From positions 1,860,001 to 1,924,000 of the forward strand of contig CM119380.1 in assembly GCA_051294905.1 (NCBI GenBank): 64,000 bases of DNA, read 5' to 3'. Both the position numbers and the translations under genes were made by a program. Shown piece after piece: positions 11,385-24,294 of the stretch. How positions within the stretch are numbered: position 1 is the first letter of the stretch; the number at the start of each line of letters is the position of its first letter. Source of the stretch: Botryllus schlosseri. Its lineage: Eukaryota. The notes beneath the pieces are model-generated. The model made no database searches, was not told the DNA's origin, and worked only from the letters and a program-made list of their open reading frames with translations.

Positions 11385-14300
11385 TCGGACATGGTGTCTT
11401 GGGCGTGTTAGGCCTGTGTTGACACTAGGACATCGTGTCTGGAGCGTGTTCGGACATCATGTCCAGGGTGTGTTCGGCCTGTGTTGCCAATCAGACATCG
11501 TGTCTGGGGCGTGTTCGGTCTGTGTTGTCATTCAGACATGGTGTCTTGGGCGTGTTCGGCCTGTGTTGATACTCGGACATCGTGTCTGGCGCGTGTTCGG
11601 ATATTATGTCTGGGTCGAGATCGGCCATTCAAACATGGTGTCTGGGTTGTGTCCGGACTGAGTTGACACTCGGACATTGTGTCTGCGGCGAGTTCGGACA
11701 TCATGTCTGGGACGTTTTCGGACTGGATGTGGGATGTGTGTTCGGACTGGGTTACCACTGGGGAATCGTGCCTGGTACTACAACTGACCTCATAGTGAAT
11801 ATATAGCAACTATCCTCATTTCAAACATGACTATCCTCATTTCAAACATGAGACTAACCTTATTTCAAACATGACTATCCTTATATCAAACATGACTATC
11901 CTTATTTCCAAAATGATTATCCTTATTTCGAACACGAGACTGACCTTATTTCAAACATGACTAACCTTATTAACATCGTGTCTGGGGGGTGTTGGGACTG
12001 TGTTGCCAATCGCACATCGTGTCTGGGGCATGTTCCGGCATCATATCTGGGTTGTGTTCGGCCTGTGCTGCCATTCAGACATTATATTATGTCTGGGGCG
12101 TGTCGGCCTGTGTTGACACTCGGACATCGTGTCTGCGGCGAGTTCGGACATCATGTCTGGGGCGTGTTCGGCCTGAGCTATTGCCATTCAAACATAGTGT
12201 CTGGGGCGTGATCGGTCTGTGTTGCCATTCGGACATGGTGTCTTGGGCGTGTTCGGCCTGTGTTGATACTCGGACATCGTGTCTGAGGCGTGTTTGGACA
12301 TCATGTCTGGGGTGTGTTCGGCCTGTGCTGCCAATCAGACATGGTGTCTTGGGCGTGTTCGGCCTGTGTTGATACTCGGACATCGTGTCTGGCGCGTGTT
12401 TGGACATCATGTCTGGGGTGTGTTCGGCCTGTGCTGTCAATCGGACATCATGTCTGGGGCGTGTTCGGCCATTCAAACATGGTATCTCGGATGTGTTCAG
12501 ACTGAGTTGACACTCGGACATTGTGTCTGGGGCGTGCTCGGTCTGTGTTGTCATTCAGACATGGTGTCTTGGGCGAGTTATGCCTGTATTGACACTCGGA
12601 CATCGTGTCTGGCGCGTGTTTGGACATCATGTCTGGGGTGTGTTCGGCCTGTGCTGTCAATCGGACATCATGTCTGGGGCATGTTCGGCCATTCAAATGT
12701 GGTGTCTGGGTTGTGTTCGGACTGAGTTGACACTCGGATATCGTGTCTGGGGCGTGTTCGGTCTGTGTTGCCAGTCGAGCATGATGTCTTGGGCGTGTTC
12801 GGCCTATGTTGATACTCGGACATCGTTTCTGGGGCGTGTTTGGACATCATGTATGGGGTGTGTTTGGCCTGTGTTGCCACTCGGACATGGTCTCTTGGGC
12901 GTGTTCGGCCTGTGTTGATACCCGGACATCGTGTCTGGGGCGTGTTTGTACATCATGTCTGGGCAGTGTTCGGCCTGTGCTGCCAATCGGACATCGTGTC
13001 TGGGGCATGTTCGGCCATTCAAACATGGTGTCTGGGTTGTTTTCGGATCTGAGTTGACACTAGGACATCGTGTCTGGGGCGTGTTCGGTCTGTGTTGCCA
13101 TTCAGACATGGTGTCTTGGGCGAGTTAGGCCTGTATTGACACTCGGACATCGTGTCTGGCGCATGTTTGGACATCATGTCAGGGGTGTGTTCGGCCTGTG
13201 CTGCCAATCGGACATCGTGTCTGGGGCGTGTTTGGACATTATGTCTGGGGTGTGTTCGGCCTGTGCTGCCAATGGGACATCGTGTCTGGGGTGTGTTCTG
13301 ACATCATGTCTGGGATGTGTTCGGACTGGGTTACCACTGGGAAGTCGTGCCTGGTACTACAACTGACCTCATAGTGAATATATAGCAACTATCCTCATTT
13401 CAAACATGAGTATTCTCATTTCTAACATGACTATCCTCATTTAAAACATGAGACTATCCTTATATCAAATATGACTATCCTTATTTCTAATATGATTACC
13501 CTTATTTCAAACACGAGACTGACCTTATTTCAAACATGACTAACCTTATTAACATCGTGTCTGGGGGGTGTTGGGACTGTGTTGCCAATCGCACATCGTG
13601 TCTGGGGCATGTTCCGACATCATATCTGGGTTGTGTTCGGCCTGTGCTGCCATTCAGACATTATGTCTGGGGCGTGTCGGCCTGTGTTGACACTCGGACA
13701 TCGTGTCTGCGGCGAGTTCGGAATCGGACATCATGTCTGGGGCGTGTTCGGCCTGTGCTATTGCCATTCAAACATGGTGTCTGGGGCGTGCTCGGTCTGT
13801 GTTGTCATTCAGACATGGTGTCTTGGGCGAGTAAGGCCTGTATTGACACTCGGACATCGTGTCTGGCGCGTGTTTGGACATCATGTCAGGGGTGTGTTCG
13901 GCCTGTGCTGCCAATCGGACATCGTGTCTGGGGCGTGTTTGGACATCATGTCTGGGGTGTGTTCGGCCTGTGCTGTCAATCGGACATCGTGTCTGGGGCA
14001 TGTTCGGCCCTTCAAACATCGTGTCTGGGTTGTGTTCGGACTGAGTTGACACTCGGATATCGTGTCTTGGGCGTGTTCGGTCTGTGTTGCCATTCGAGCA
14101 TGATGTCTTGGGCGTGTTCGGCCTATATTGATACTCGGACATCGTTTCTGGGGCGTGTTTGGACATCATGTCTGGGGTGTGTTCAGCCTGTGTTGCCACT
14201 CGGACATGGTCTCTTGGGCGTGTTCGGCCTGTGTTGATACCCGGACATCGTGTCTGGGGCGTGTTTGGACATCATGTCTGGGCAGTGTTCGGCCTGTGCT

Positions 14301-16060
14301 GCCAATCGGACATCGTGTCTGGGGCATGTTCGGCCATTCAAACATGGTGTCTGGGTTGTTTTCGGATCTGAGTTGACACTAGGACATCGTGTCTGGGGCG
14401 TGTTCGGTCTGTGTTGCCATTCAGACATGGTGTCTTGGGCGAGTTAGGCCTGTATTGACACTCGGACATCGTGTCTGGCGCGTGTTTGGACATCATGTCA
14501 GGGGTGTGTTCGGCCTGTGCTGCCAATCGGACATCGTGTCTGGGGCGTGTTTGGACATTATGTCTGGGGTGTGTTCGGCCTGTGCTGCCAATGGGACATC
14601 GTGTCTGGGGTGTGTTCTGACATCATGTCTGGGATGTGTTCGGACTGGGTTACCACTGGGAAGTCGTGCCTGGTACTACAACTGACCTCATAGTGAATAT
14701 ATAGCAACTATCCTCATTTCAAACATGAGTATTCTCATTTCTAACATGACTATCCTCATTTAAAACATGAGACTATCCTTATATCAAATATGACTATCCT
14801 TATTTCTAATATGATTACCCTTATTTCAAACACGAGACTGACCTTATTTCAAACATGACTAACCTTATTAACATCGTGTCTGGGGGGTGTTGGGACTGTG
14901 TTGCCAATCGCACATCGTGTCTGGGGCATGTTCCGACATCATATCTGGGTTGTGTTCGGCCTGTGCTGCCATTCAGACATTATGTCTGGGGCGTGTCGGC
15001 CTGTGTTGACACTCGGACATCGTGTCTGCGGCGAGTTCGGAATCGGACATCATGTCTGGGGCGTGTTCGGCCTGTGCTATTGCCATTCAAACATGGTGTC
15101 TGGGGCGTGCTCGGTCTGTGTTGTCATTCAGACATGGTGTCTTGGGCGAGTAAGGCCTGTATTGACACTCGGACATCGTGTCTGGCGCGTGTTTGGACAT
15201 CATGTCAGGGGTGTGTTCGGCCTGTGCTGCCAATCGGACATCGTGTCTGGGGCGTGTTTGGACATCATGTCTGGGGTGTGTTCGGCCTGTGCTGTCAATC
15301 GGACATCGTGTCTGTGGCATGTTCGGCCCTTCAAACATCGTGTCTGGGTTGTGTTCGGACTGAGTTGACACTCGGATATCGTGTCTTGGGCGTGTTCGGT
15401 CTGTGTTGCCATTCGAGCATGATGTCTTGGGCGTGTTCGGCCTATATTGATGCTCGGACATCGTTTCTGGGGCGTGTTTGGACATCATGTCTGGGGTGTG
15501 TTCAGCCTGTGTCGCCACTCGGACATGGTCTCTTGGGCGTGTTCGGCCTGTGTTGATACCCGGACATCGTGTCTGGGGCGTGTTTGGACATCATGTCTGG
15601 GCAGTGTTCGGCCTGTGCTGCCAATCGGACATCGTGTCTGGGGCATGTTCGGCCATTCAAACATGGTGTCTGGGTTGTTTTCGGATCTGAGTTGACACTA
15701 GGACATCGTGTCTGGGGCGTGTTCGGTCTGTGTTGCCATTCAGACATGGTGTCTTGGGCGAGTTAGGCCTGTATTGACACTCGGACATCGTGTCTGGCGC
15801 GTGTTTGGACATCATGTCAGGGGTGTGTTCGGCCTGTGCTGCCAATCGGACATCTTGTCTGGGGCGTGTTTGGACATCATGTCTGGGGTGTGTTCGGCCT
15901 GTGCTGCCAATGGGACATCGTGTCTGGGGTGTGTTCTGACTGGGTTACCACTGGGAAGTCGTGCCTGGTACTGCAACTGACGTTATAGTGAATATAGCGA
16001 CTATCCTCATTTCAAACATGAGACTAACCTCATTTCAAACAAAGTTGACCTTATTTCAAA
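11385..16060. repeat. GC-rich complex satellite with higher-order blocks
   Basis: Motifs cggacatcgtgtctggggcgtgtt and cggcctgtgttgccaat are repeated throughout. The block marker gggttaccactggg occurs at 11749, 13328, 14647 and 15942, each followed by AT-rich ctatcctYatttcaaacatga repeats. Confidence 0.95.
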
Positions 16061-17177
16061 CCAATCGATCCAACCTTCCTCAAATGATACGCATGTAGGC
16101 TATATTCGAAAGCATGTCGAATAAGGTATTTGTATTGAAATAAACTCGAATAAGGTATTTGTATTGAAATAAACTCGAATATCTTCGGTCGACACTCGTA
16201 AAGAGAATCATTTCTGCTCACCTGATATATCAGGCAAAACGTACCGGGATTCCGATCCGGCTAGCAGTAACTGCAGAGTTTGGCCAAGAAAGTGTAGTGG
16301 AGGACTCAAGTGGAGCAATAATTGCCAGAAAAGAAAGTATGAACGGGAAAATAGAACTGTCGCTTGAAACGTCATTACGAAACCAAACAACAGAACTATT
16401 ATAATTGCTGACGTCTGAAACTGACGATCACCCATTCACCCCTGACGAGACCAAAGGGAAGACTGAAGTGGTCCTGGCGGAATTTCGGCAGAATATTTGT
16501 GATCACGTGAAACAATATTTTCGCGAACGCAGAATATTAACCCTCAACCGATGTACGGCAAATGTCATATTTCAGACTGGATGCGAAAGTGTACCTGACC
16601 TATAATTTAGATAATTAACACATCATTGGAAAGAGCGTTCAAATTACTTTATTTAAAATCGATTTCTAGATTCCAGATCGTCCTGCTTCATTCTCTCGGT
16701 GAACGTCGTAGCGATAGGACGTGCCTTCAGCGCGATCATTACGTTTGCGAATTAGTCCGGAGAAAGCCTTTGTAATTAGTTCTAGGGGCATTCGTCTCGC
16801 CTTACAGCGATACTGTTTGTCCATTGCTATAGTTGTAGCCAGACGTTCTAAGATGAGCGGATCTGGCGGGCATAAGCGCCCAGCTAGTGAGGAAGCCGAA
16901 GGTCCTGCAACAAAAGGTAGGAGTAGCGGATCTGTTATCCTCTGCCCGGATGACACCTCGGTAGTTATTTCAGGAATCGCTAAACCTCTGCGACGGTACA
17001 ATCCGATTACTATCAATCGCAGTTTAGTGCGAGTCATAGGAGGTTCGTACAAGGGGATTAAGGTCCTTCCCTCGGGAAACCTTTGTGTAGTTTGTTCTAA
17101 CTCAAATCAGGTGACGAAACTCTTGGCGTGCACCGATCTTGGTGAGGGGAAAATTAAAATTGAAATCAAGGCAGAGC

Positions 17178-20100
17178 CAGTGGCGGCTCGTGACAATATC
17201 GGGTGGTGGGGCAAGGGCTGCAAGCGACTTTTTATCAAGATGACGTCACAATGACGTTTTCCAACGTAAACAAGTAACTTAATGATGTTACGGTAACATG
17301 AATTTCCCGACAACAGTGATTTTAACGTATGTGCCACGAGAGGTCTGCCGGTGAGCTGTGACTTGAAGTGTGGTAACTGCGTAAACGGCGTACGGAACAA
17401 AGATTCAACGCGGTTCATGTTCGCACTAGACCTGACTAATTATCTGCAGAAATGGAAATGACTATAACTCGAGAGATTGCGTAAGCCTAATTGGAAAGGT
17501 CAACGAGTTCGGACACATACCCAATTGTTATCTCATACATTGGGCCTGTCATATTGAATCCAAAACAGCATTCTGAAGAACCAAGAATAGCAGTCTCGGA
17601 AACTCGGTCTCGGTACAGCATAGGAGATTTTGGCCTTGAAACTGGAGACTGTAACACGACACATATGGTTTTATTACTGTCTATAGGTCTGCTGCGAAAT
17701 CGCCTTTGGAAAATATATTACCGAATATATACGTGGGTGAAAGCCGTACACTGTTACATGACATCATCGAGAAGTAGCCTCATGGCCAGGCCGTGTTATT
17801 TTTGGCATTTCAGGAGCCAGATGCCAAAACTGCCAAAAATAAAAAATTGAAAATGCCAAAAATAAGCAATTTTGGCATATGCCAAAAATAACACGGCCTG
17901 CCAAATAGTGTATTTCGTTCATGGTGTTGTGTTAACAGGACCGCGTTACAACCGAGAAGAGCGTTTTTGAAAGGCAGGTTTCTTAATCTGGGTCAAGCCC
18001 ACCCATTAGGGGTGAAAGCATGGTGTCCTAAATGGTGTGGGCACAGCGAGATTGAACGGCTGACTGCATTTGGCTTTACGTCATACTTTCCATTTGTCCA
18101 AAGGCAATTATAAGACCACTTTTTACCGGCTTGTCGAGCGCTAAATTTGATAAAACGGGTATCAATGAGAAGCTGCCGCAGTACTGCTTATTAAAATATA
18201 AATTATATTCTGCTAATAGAACTGGAACCCCCAAAATCAACCACGATTTTTGCATTGTGATCGAGTTGAACATTGTGAGGCAACAAACTGTCTGGCTATT
18301 TCTGAGCTGCATAGTCTCGTTTTGCCAGACAGTCTTGTTGCGTCAATGTTCTTAAACAAGCTAACCTTCCCAGGACTTTTCCATGCGAGTTGGTACTATT
18401 AAAGCCACCTGAAGTGACAAAAGTCCTCCGTATCGGTAGACTGAAGGAGAAATGATAGTCGGGCTACTAAATAGAATGTGTTGAGAGACAACACAGGACA
18501 CTCCTGGAAAAGGATCGGGAAGAAAATCCTTTCCGCGATGAGATCGATTGCACTGGCGAAGTGATCTCTTTTCATGATGCATGGAAGCCGGCTCGGCCCT
18601 CCAAAGATTTTGAAGCTCTGAGAACCATTTGTGGATGACTGCCAACATTATTTCCCTCAACGGCTACTGTTGAAGCCGATATTTCACAGATTCGCTAGGC
18701 GAGAAATGAATTTAGGAGAAACTTAGCTGACCTGAGTTTGGAAGCACTGTTACAGTGCAAACGATTTAAGTCTATTCAACAGCTGTAACAATCAGCTGTT
18801 GAGCGTGTTTGTTAGGCTTTTCTTTCTTTTTTTGCTTATTGGCACCGATTCCGATGGATACTGCACATTTTGTGGTTTCGTTTGATATTATTAACCTATG
18901 AAATCGTTAGGTTTTTTTCTTCTTCTTATTGTTTGTTGGCGCTGATTATACGTGGATGCTGCACATTTTGTGGTGTCTTTTGACAAACTAGCCCAAATAA
19001 AGCGTTTTTGTGACTAATTCGAGGCTGAAACTATCTATTTAGAGGACGATGCCCAAACTGCCAAAAATAAAAATCGAAAAATGCCAAAAATAAGTTATTT
19101 TTGGCAGTTTTGGCATATGCCAAAAATAACACGGCCTGCTCATGGCCCTTTTCGGTATGGTACACTGTCAAAATAATGCAAACAGACCGAATTTTGCGTA
19201 AAATTTACTGAGGAATAGGCTGATCAAGTGATCAGCTGTTAGCCGACATCGAAAACAAAATAGCTATCGCGCTTGACAGGGGGTTGTAAGCAAATGGCTT
19301 GAAGGCCCCAATTTCACGGTGAAATTGACATTGGAGAATATAATATCAAAGTAAATATTTGAATGCAAATGAGAATGATATCATCATCTCGTCACCTATC
19401 TCAGTATGGAACACAGTTAACGTTACCACAGATACACCGGCTTTTGCGTGAAATCCGCAATGCGTTGTAGGCTAAAGTGTCAGATCTGAGCACATCTCTA
19501 CCATATTCGACCTTGATAACGAAATTACTGCCCTAATCATTGAGTGTCAACCTTGAGACTTGGCACAGCGTTCGATACTAAAATCAAAACACACCGTGCA
19601 AAATCTCATGACAGATCTAGGTAAGGAGCATCGTTAAAATCAATAGAGACCAATACCGGCTTTGCGTAAAATCTGTTAGCGATAAATGACGAGTCAGCTC
19701 TCACTCGACTTAGGAAACGAAATTACCGCTAACATAGTTCAGTGACAAACTTAAAACTTGGTACAGCGTTCGATACTAACATTAAGACTTACCGTGCCAA
19801 ATGTCATAACCGATCTCAGTATTGAACATCGTCAAAATCAATGGATACCAATACCGGCTTTCGAGTAAAATCTGTTTGCGATACATGACGGATCAGCACA
19901 CACTCAACTTCGGAAACGGATTTACTACCCTAAACTTTAAGTAGAAACCCTGAAACTTGGGGCAATGTTAAATACCACCATCACGACATGACATACCAAG
20001 TTTCAAGAGTTTTCATGGTGTGAAACACCATCAAAATCGACCTATAATAGCAAAGGTCGACTAAACGCATATGACGGTAACCGAGTTCAGATATAGATAC

Positions 20101-20479
20101 GATTGTTACATCACACCTTAGGTGCACAGACCTATTGAGCCACGGTTGCTCGGTAATTTTATGAATAGGAGAGAGTAAATCACCGTTTCTTTATTGTGCG
20201 CGGCTTTGAGAGAATAGACAGTCAAAGCTTGTTATGAGCGCAACCGGGGCAAGCCCCGGCTAGGTATTCGCAAAGCGAAAACACAGAAGAGGATTCGATT
20301 TTCGCAGAGACTTCGCTATATATGGGCATTTACAAGCGAAAGGACAAGAAGAATACGATTTTCGCTGTGATTTCGGTATATATAGATTGTTGTGCGTCTA
20401 TAAATGGTAAAGAATTGTTATTGAACAGAATTTTAGGTGGGGCAATGCCCCAGTTGCCCTATAGGACGAGCCGCCACTG
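17178..20479 (-). mobile_element. hAT family A, copy 2 (internally deleted, non-autonomous), inserted in LINE ORF1
   Basis: Perfect 14-bp TIR cagtggcggctcgt/acgagccgccactg; 8-bp TSD ggcagagc (17170-17177, 20480-20487). Only about the first 14 transposase codons (MNRVESLFRTPF) remain. Confidence 0.95.
17787..19138 (+). mobile_element. hAT family B composite non-autonomous element nested in family A copy 2
   Basis: Perfect 22-bp TIR caggccgtgttatttttggcat; TSD ctcatggc (17779-17786, 19139-19146). Relic hAT C-terminal dimerisation motif FPSTATVEADISQIR*ARNEFRRNLADLSLEALLQCK near 18650-18780. Confidence 0.95.
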
Positions 20480-20830
20480 GGCAGAGCTATATCGTAGTAA
20501 ACCATTGGAAAGTCGGGGCGTCATATCGGATGTTCCTATCGATCTATCCGACCAGGAAATACTTGAAGCTCTTGAAAACTCTCGTGTCACGTTCGTGCGT
20601 CGCTTTCCGTATCGTGGTGTTAAAGGCCTAACGAAGAGTACCTCTGTTCTCTTATGTTTTGCGTCTCCCACTCTACCAACTGTGGTTCAAATAGGTTTTC
20701 TTCGATTCCGGACCAGTTTCTATAATCCGCCACCCACTCGGTGTTTCAATTGTAACCGTTTCGGGCACAAAGCTAAGTATTGCAGGAGCGCACAGAGATG
20801 TACGAAATGTGGAAACAGACATACATACGA

Positions 20831-21939
20831 TAGGGTTGCCATACGTCCGGAATTTCCCGGACATGTCCGGAATTTCACTGAAAAATCTGCGTCCGGGAGG
20901 AATTTCTAAAATATGCCTAAATGTCCGGAATTTTGAAGGCTTCAAGCAGGCTCAATTTTTTTTCGTAAATCAACATAAACAGTATTATTTTCAAGCAGAT
21001 TTACGCTATTCCAAATTTTTCTTCGCGCTGCGCGCGAGTTAATGTAACGTATGATTTTATTGGTATGAGCACCTGGCACTATACTCCCGCCGAAAATGCA
21101 ATCAAAATAAATGTAAATAACCATCACTTACTGAAATAAATCTGTTTGTAACCGCAACGCAATTATAAGATATAACGGTATATTCCTAGAGTTGTTTAAG
21201 GTCGATTGGATGCATCGGTCACAGACAGAGGGGTTCCAAATCTTGCGGTCGTTCGCCTTTATCTGATGTTGGACGTAATCGGCTTCCTAGGCCGTTAGCT
21301 AAGTTTGGGCAAGCTGAATTTTTTAGTAATCCGCTTATCAAGTCTTGAGCTTTGTCACGGAACATTTTCAAATGGGAAATGAGGTCGCGACCATAAAAGG
21401 CTGGAAATCACCGGATGTGCAACCTGTTGGTGCATTTTACAATGGCATAATATACGGAAGAATCAATGTTATTGAGAGAATTCATGCATAAAATTTAACA
21501 GCCAAATGCATATAGTAAGTGCCCAACAAGTAACATCGAATACCCTATGGTGGCCCCAAGATCAGTGCTTTTTTGGATGGAAGGGGGGGGGATGTAAAAA
21601 TGTTCTTTCGGACCTGATTAAAACACTAGAACAGATAACCGCACCAACCGCAGGGCTCTCAAACACAATCCTGACAGGCCAGACACGGCCCGCCAGATGA
21701 TATCATCCGGCCCGTATAGGAATCTATTGTAGACCCTAGCAAGTATAGCAATCACCAGATCTCACATTACAGATGGCCCAATGCTCCACTCCATGCCTGT
21801 ATAGTGTATACATTCGATGGTCAATGGTTTGCTATTGTGACGTCATATTGACGGACAATGTGGCACACCTCATTTTAAAATCCGCTAGTGGGCGCTAAAG
21901 AGTGTCCGGAATTTGCTTCACAAAAATATGGTAACCCTA
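20831..21939. mobile_element. hAT non-autonomous element in LINE ORF1
   Basis: TIR tagggttgccata/tatggtaacccta (1 mismatch); TSD acatacga (20823-20830, 21940-21947); tccggaat subterminal repeats. Confidence 0.93.
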
Positions 21940-22230
21940 ACATACGACAATTGTAATAGTGAACTACAATGTGTCAATTGTGGCTTAGCCCACTCCGCGG
22001 GATATGCGGGATGCTCCCGGTTTAAGAAAGAGGCGCGAATTCAATCTATTATGGCTAATGATAAGTTAAATTATTGGGACGCGCGTAAATTGGAAGAACA
22101 AAACACCGCCCCTAAAGAAGCGGTAGTTGCTGAGACACGATCAGAAAGCTCTGTACGTCTGAACACAGAGGCGCATACATCTACAGAACGAGCGTCGAAG
22201 CCCGTTGCGGAATCGAACGCCGTCCCCATG

Positions 22231-24294
22231 CACTGTAAAAAATAAAAACCTTGATTTACCGCGAAATGTTTGGAAGCACGGTAGCCAGACATTTCGCGGT
22301 AATCTAACATTACCGTTAGTCAATGTAAACTTAACTTACACTCGTCCGGTAATCTCACTTTACACGCCAGACTGTAATGTTACAGTCACCTCCGGTATAT
22401 CTAATCTACATGTTCTCCTGTTGATTTGCGATCGATACTGTCATTTTACCGCCTACCTACCTACATGCTATGCTGTCCCTGTAAATCAGGATTACATACC
22501 AGCTTGTAAATTCACGTACATCCATACCTATCGCAAAGCAACCCACCCGATGCAAAAATATCGCAACATTTTCTTCACATCCCCAAAACGACATTGGAAC
22601 AAACTGTATATTCATTCATGATATCACGATGAAGTGGTTATCGATGGAAAGATATTGCTGCTGGAGGTCTAATTCTTCTTTAGGAGACATGCAGTAACAC
22701 GAGTGGTCTCAAGAAAACGTGAATTAATTCCACCACCGGCCAAACTTCCAATTGTTTCTTTTTCTCGTTCTCATTCCTTCTGTGTAAGTAGTATCTTGCA
22801 GTTCCACTAAAAAGAATTCATGCGTAAGTCGCTATATAAAGCAAAGTTCCTAACCTGGATAGTGGACATGACATTATAAAGACTAAGACAAATAGGCTAA
22901 CAAAAATATAACATGTTTTGAAGTACCGGTACTGGCACATTGTGTGATGACGGCTCCGCCTTTTACACGACATAGCAGAGATTCATGACTTTATCTCTGT
23001 ATTGAAGCAAAAGGTTCCCAATTTAAGGTGGCATGTGTGGCAAACAAATCCAGCACTGGATGAAAACATATCTATGCTATGGCCCGAAAATGACATTACC
23101 AAGCCAACAGTTTCAACTCCTCCGCAGCGGAGTATGTGGTCACTATATAAGTCGACAAATATCCCAAAATAGAACAGAGAATGCGGCGAATGAAATATAT
23201 CAATCATGAAATCTAAGTCATCGAGGGCTGGTGTGCAGAGTCAGATATTCACGGTAACAAATACTATGTAGTACTATATTACCTTTTAAGATGCGTATTC
23301 CATTCAGCATTCCTAGGAATCTTCAACGATCGTGTCCACTTTCTTCAAGCACAACAAGCTTCGCTCCACCCATTGCTCAAATCTCACTAATGGAATGGCC
23401 ACTGGTCAGACGACACTCGAACGATTTCGAAATAAATGGTATTCATCCGCTGACACATGACACCAATAATATTTACTGGCCACGTTATAATGTTTGATCT
23501 GGGTCGTTTTTTCCAAACAGAAACATTTATCATTGCATATAGTCCCTTTTTTCATCTAATTTCGTATAAATTGATATATATTCCATGTGTTGTTCACTAC
23601 TTACTGTACTTTCCTAACCAGACGCTGCTTGTGATGTCACAGTTGTGCGTTGGTTGTTTACTACGAATCTCAGAAAAAGCAGTCACCTAATGTAACCTAT
23701 TACAGGTCGCCTTGTCCGCCATTAACAAATGGTCAGCTGAGCATGCGGTGCTGATATTTCTAGTTTCCCCGAGCAATATTATACATCCTGAACTAATTTT
23801 CTAACTTATCAGCCTTATCCGTGACAACGAATGTAGCCAGCGAGACTGGCCGTACAGCCATTGCCTTATAATATAATATGGCTACGGTGTACCACATTAG
23901 CTACGATTGTCAGTTATTTCTTGTACCCTACTAAGCTTAAATTGATACTAGGGCCAACAATTACGGTATGACAGACCACAGTCTCGCAAACGAGGTTCAA
24001 TCAGGTCAAATCACCTCTAGAATGATATATCAGTAACATTCAGTTCTGCGTATACATTGGCTGCAGCGATTTTGAAGCTAATCAATTTTACCAATAGCCC
24101 GGTAAAGTGCAGTAACGAGTAACTGTCAGTAATTTTGCGAAGAAATTCTGGTAACTTACTTTACAGCTATATTAAGGTAATATTACATATCAAAATGTAA
24201 AATGACAAGCTACGCACAGTAATTGGCTGCGACCGGTAATTCGTGGTAAAATTTACAGAGATTTCCCATTAAATCTACCAGATTTTTTACAGTG
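22231..24294. mobile_element. CACTA/EnSpm-type non-autonomous element in LINE ORF1
   Basis: Perfect TIR cactgtaaaaaa/ttttttacagtg with 2-bp TSD tg (22229-22230, 24295-24296). Removing it restores the ORF1 frame. Confidence 0.88.

Noticed and set aside
11416-15980. Dozens of overlapping Cys/Gly/Trp-rich (+) and Thr/Arg/Pro-rich (-) ORFs resembling keratin-associated proteins
   Set aside because: They are open in several frames and both strands only because the satellite motifs lack stop codons; no coherent gene structure.
11385-16060. CRISPR-like repeat-spacer appearance
   Set aside because: The spacers are themselves repeat variants, there are no cas genes, and the context is eukaryotic.
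16190-16600. Open frames upstream of the LINE as the 5' part of the NOF-like transposase
   Set aside because: Position fits, but I found no diagnostic motif.
17178-24294. Idea that the insertions in LINE ORF1 are spliced out as introner-like introns
   Set aside because: Boundaries are TIR/TSD, not GT-AG positioned to restore the ORF, and ORF2 has independent frameshifts.
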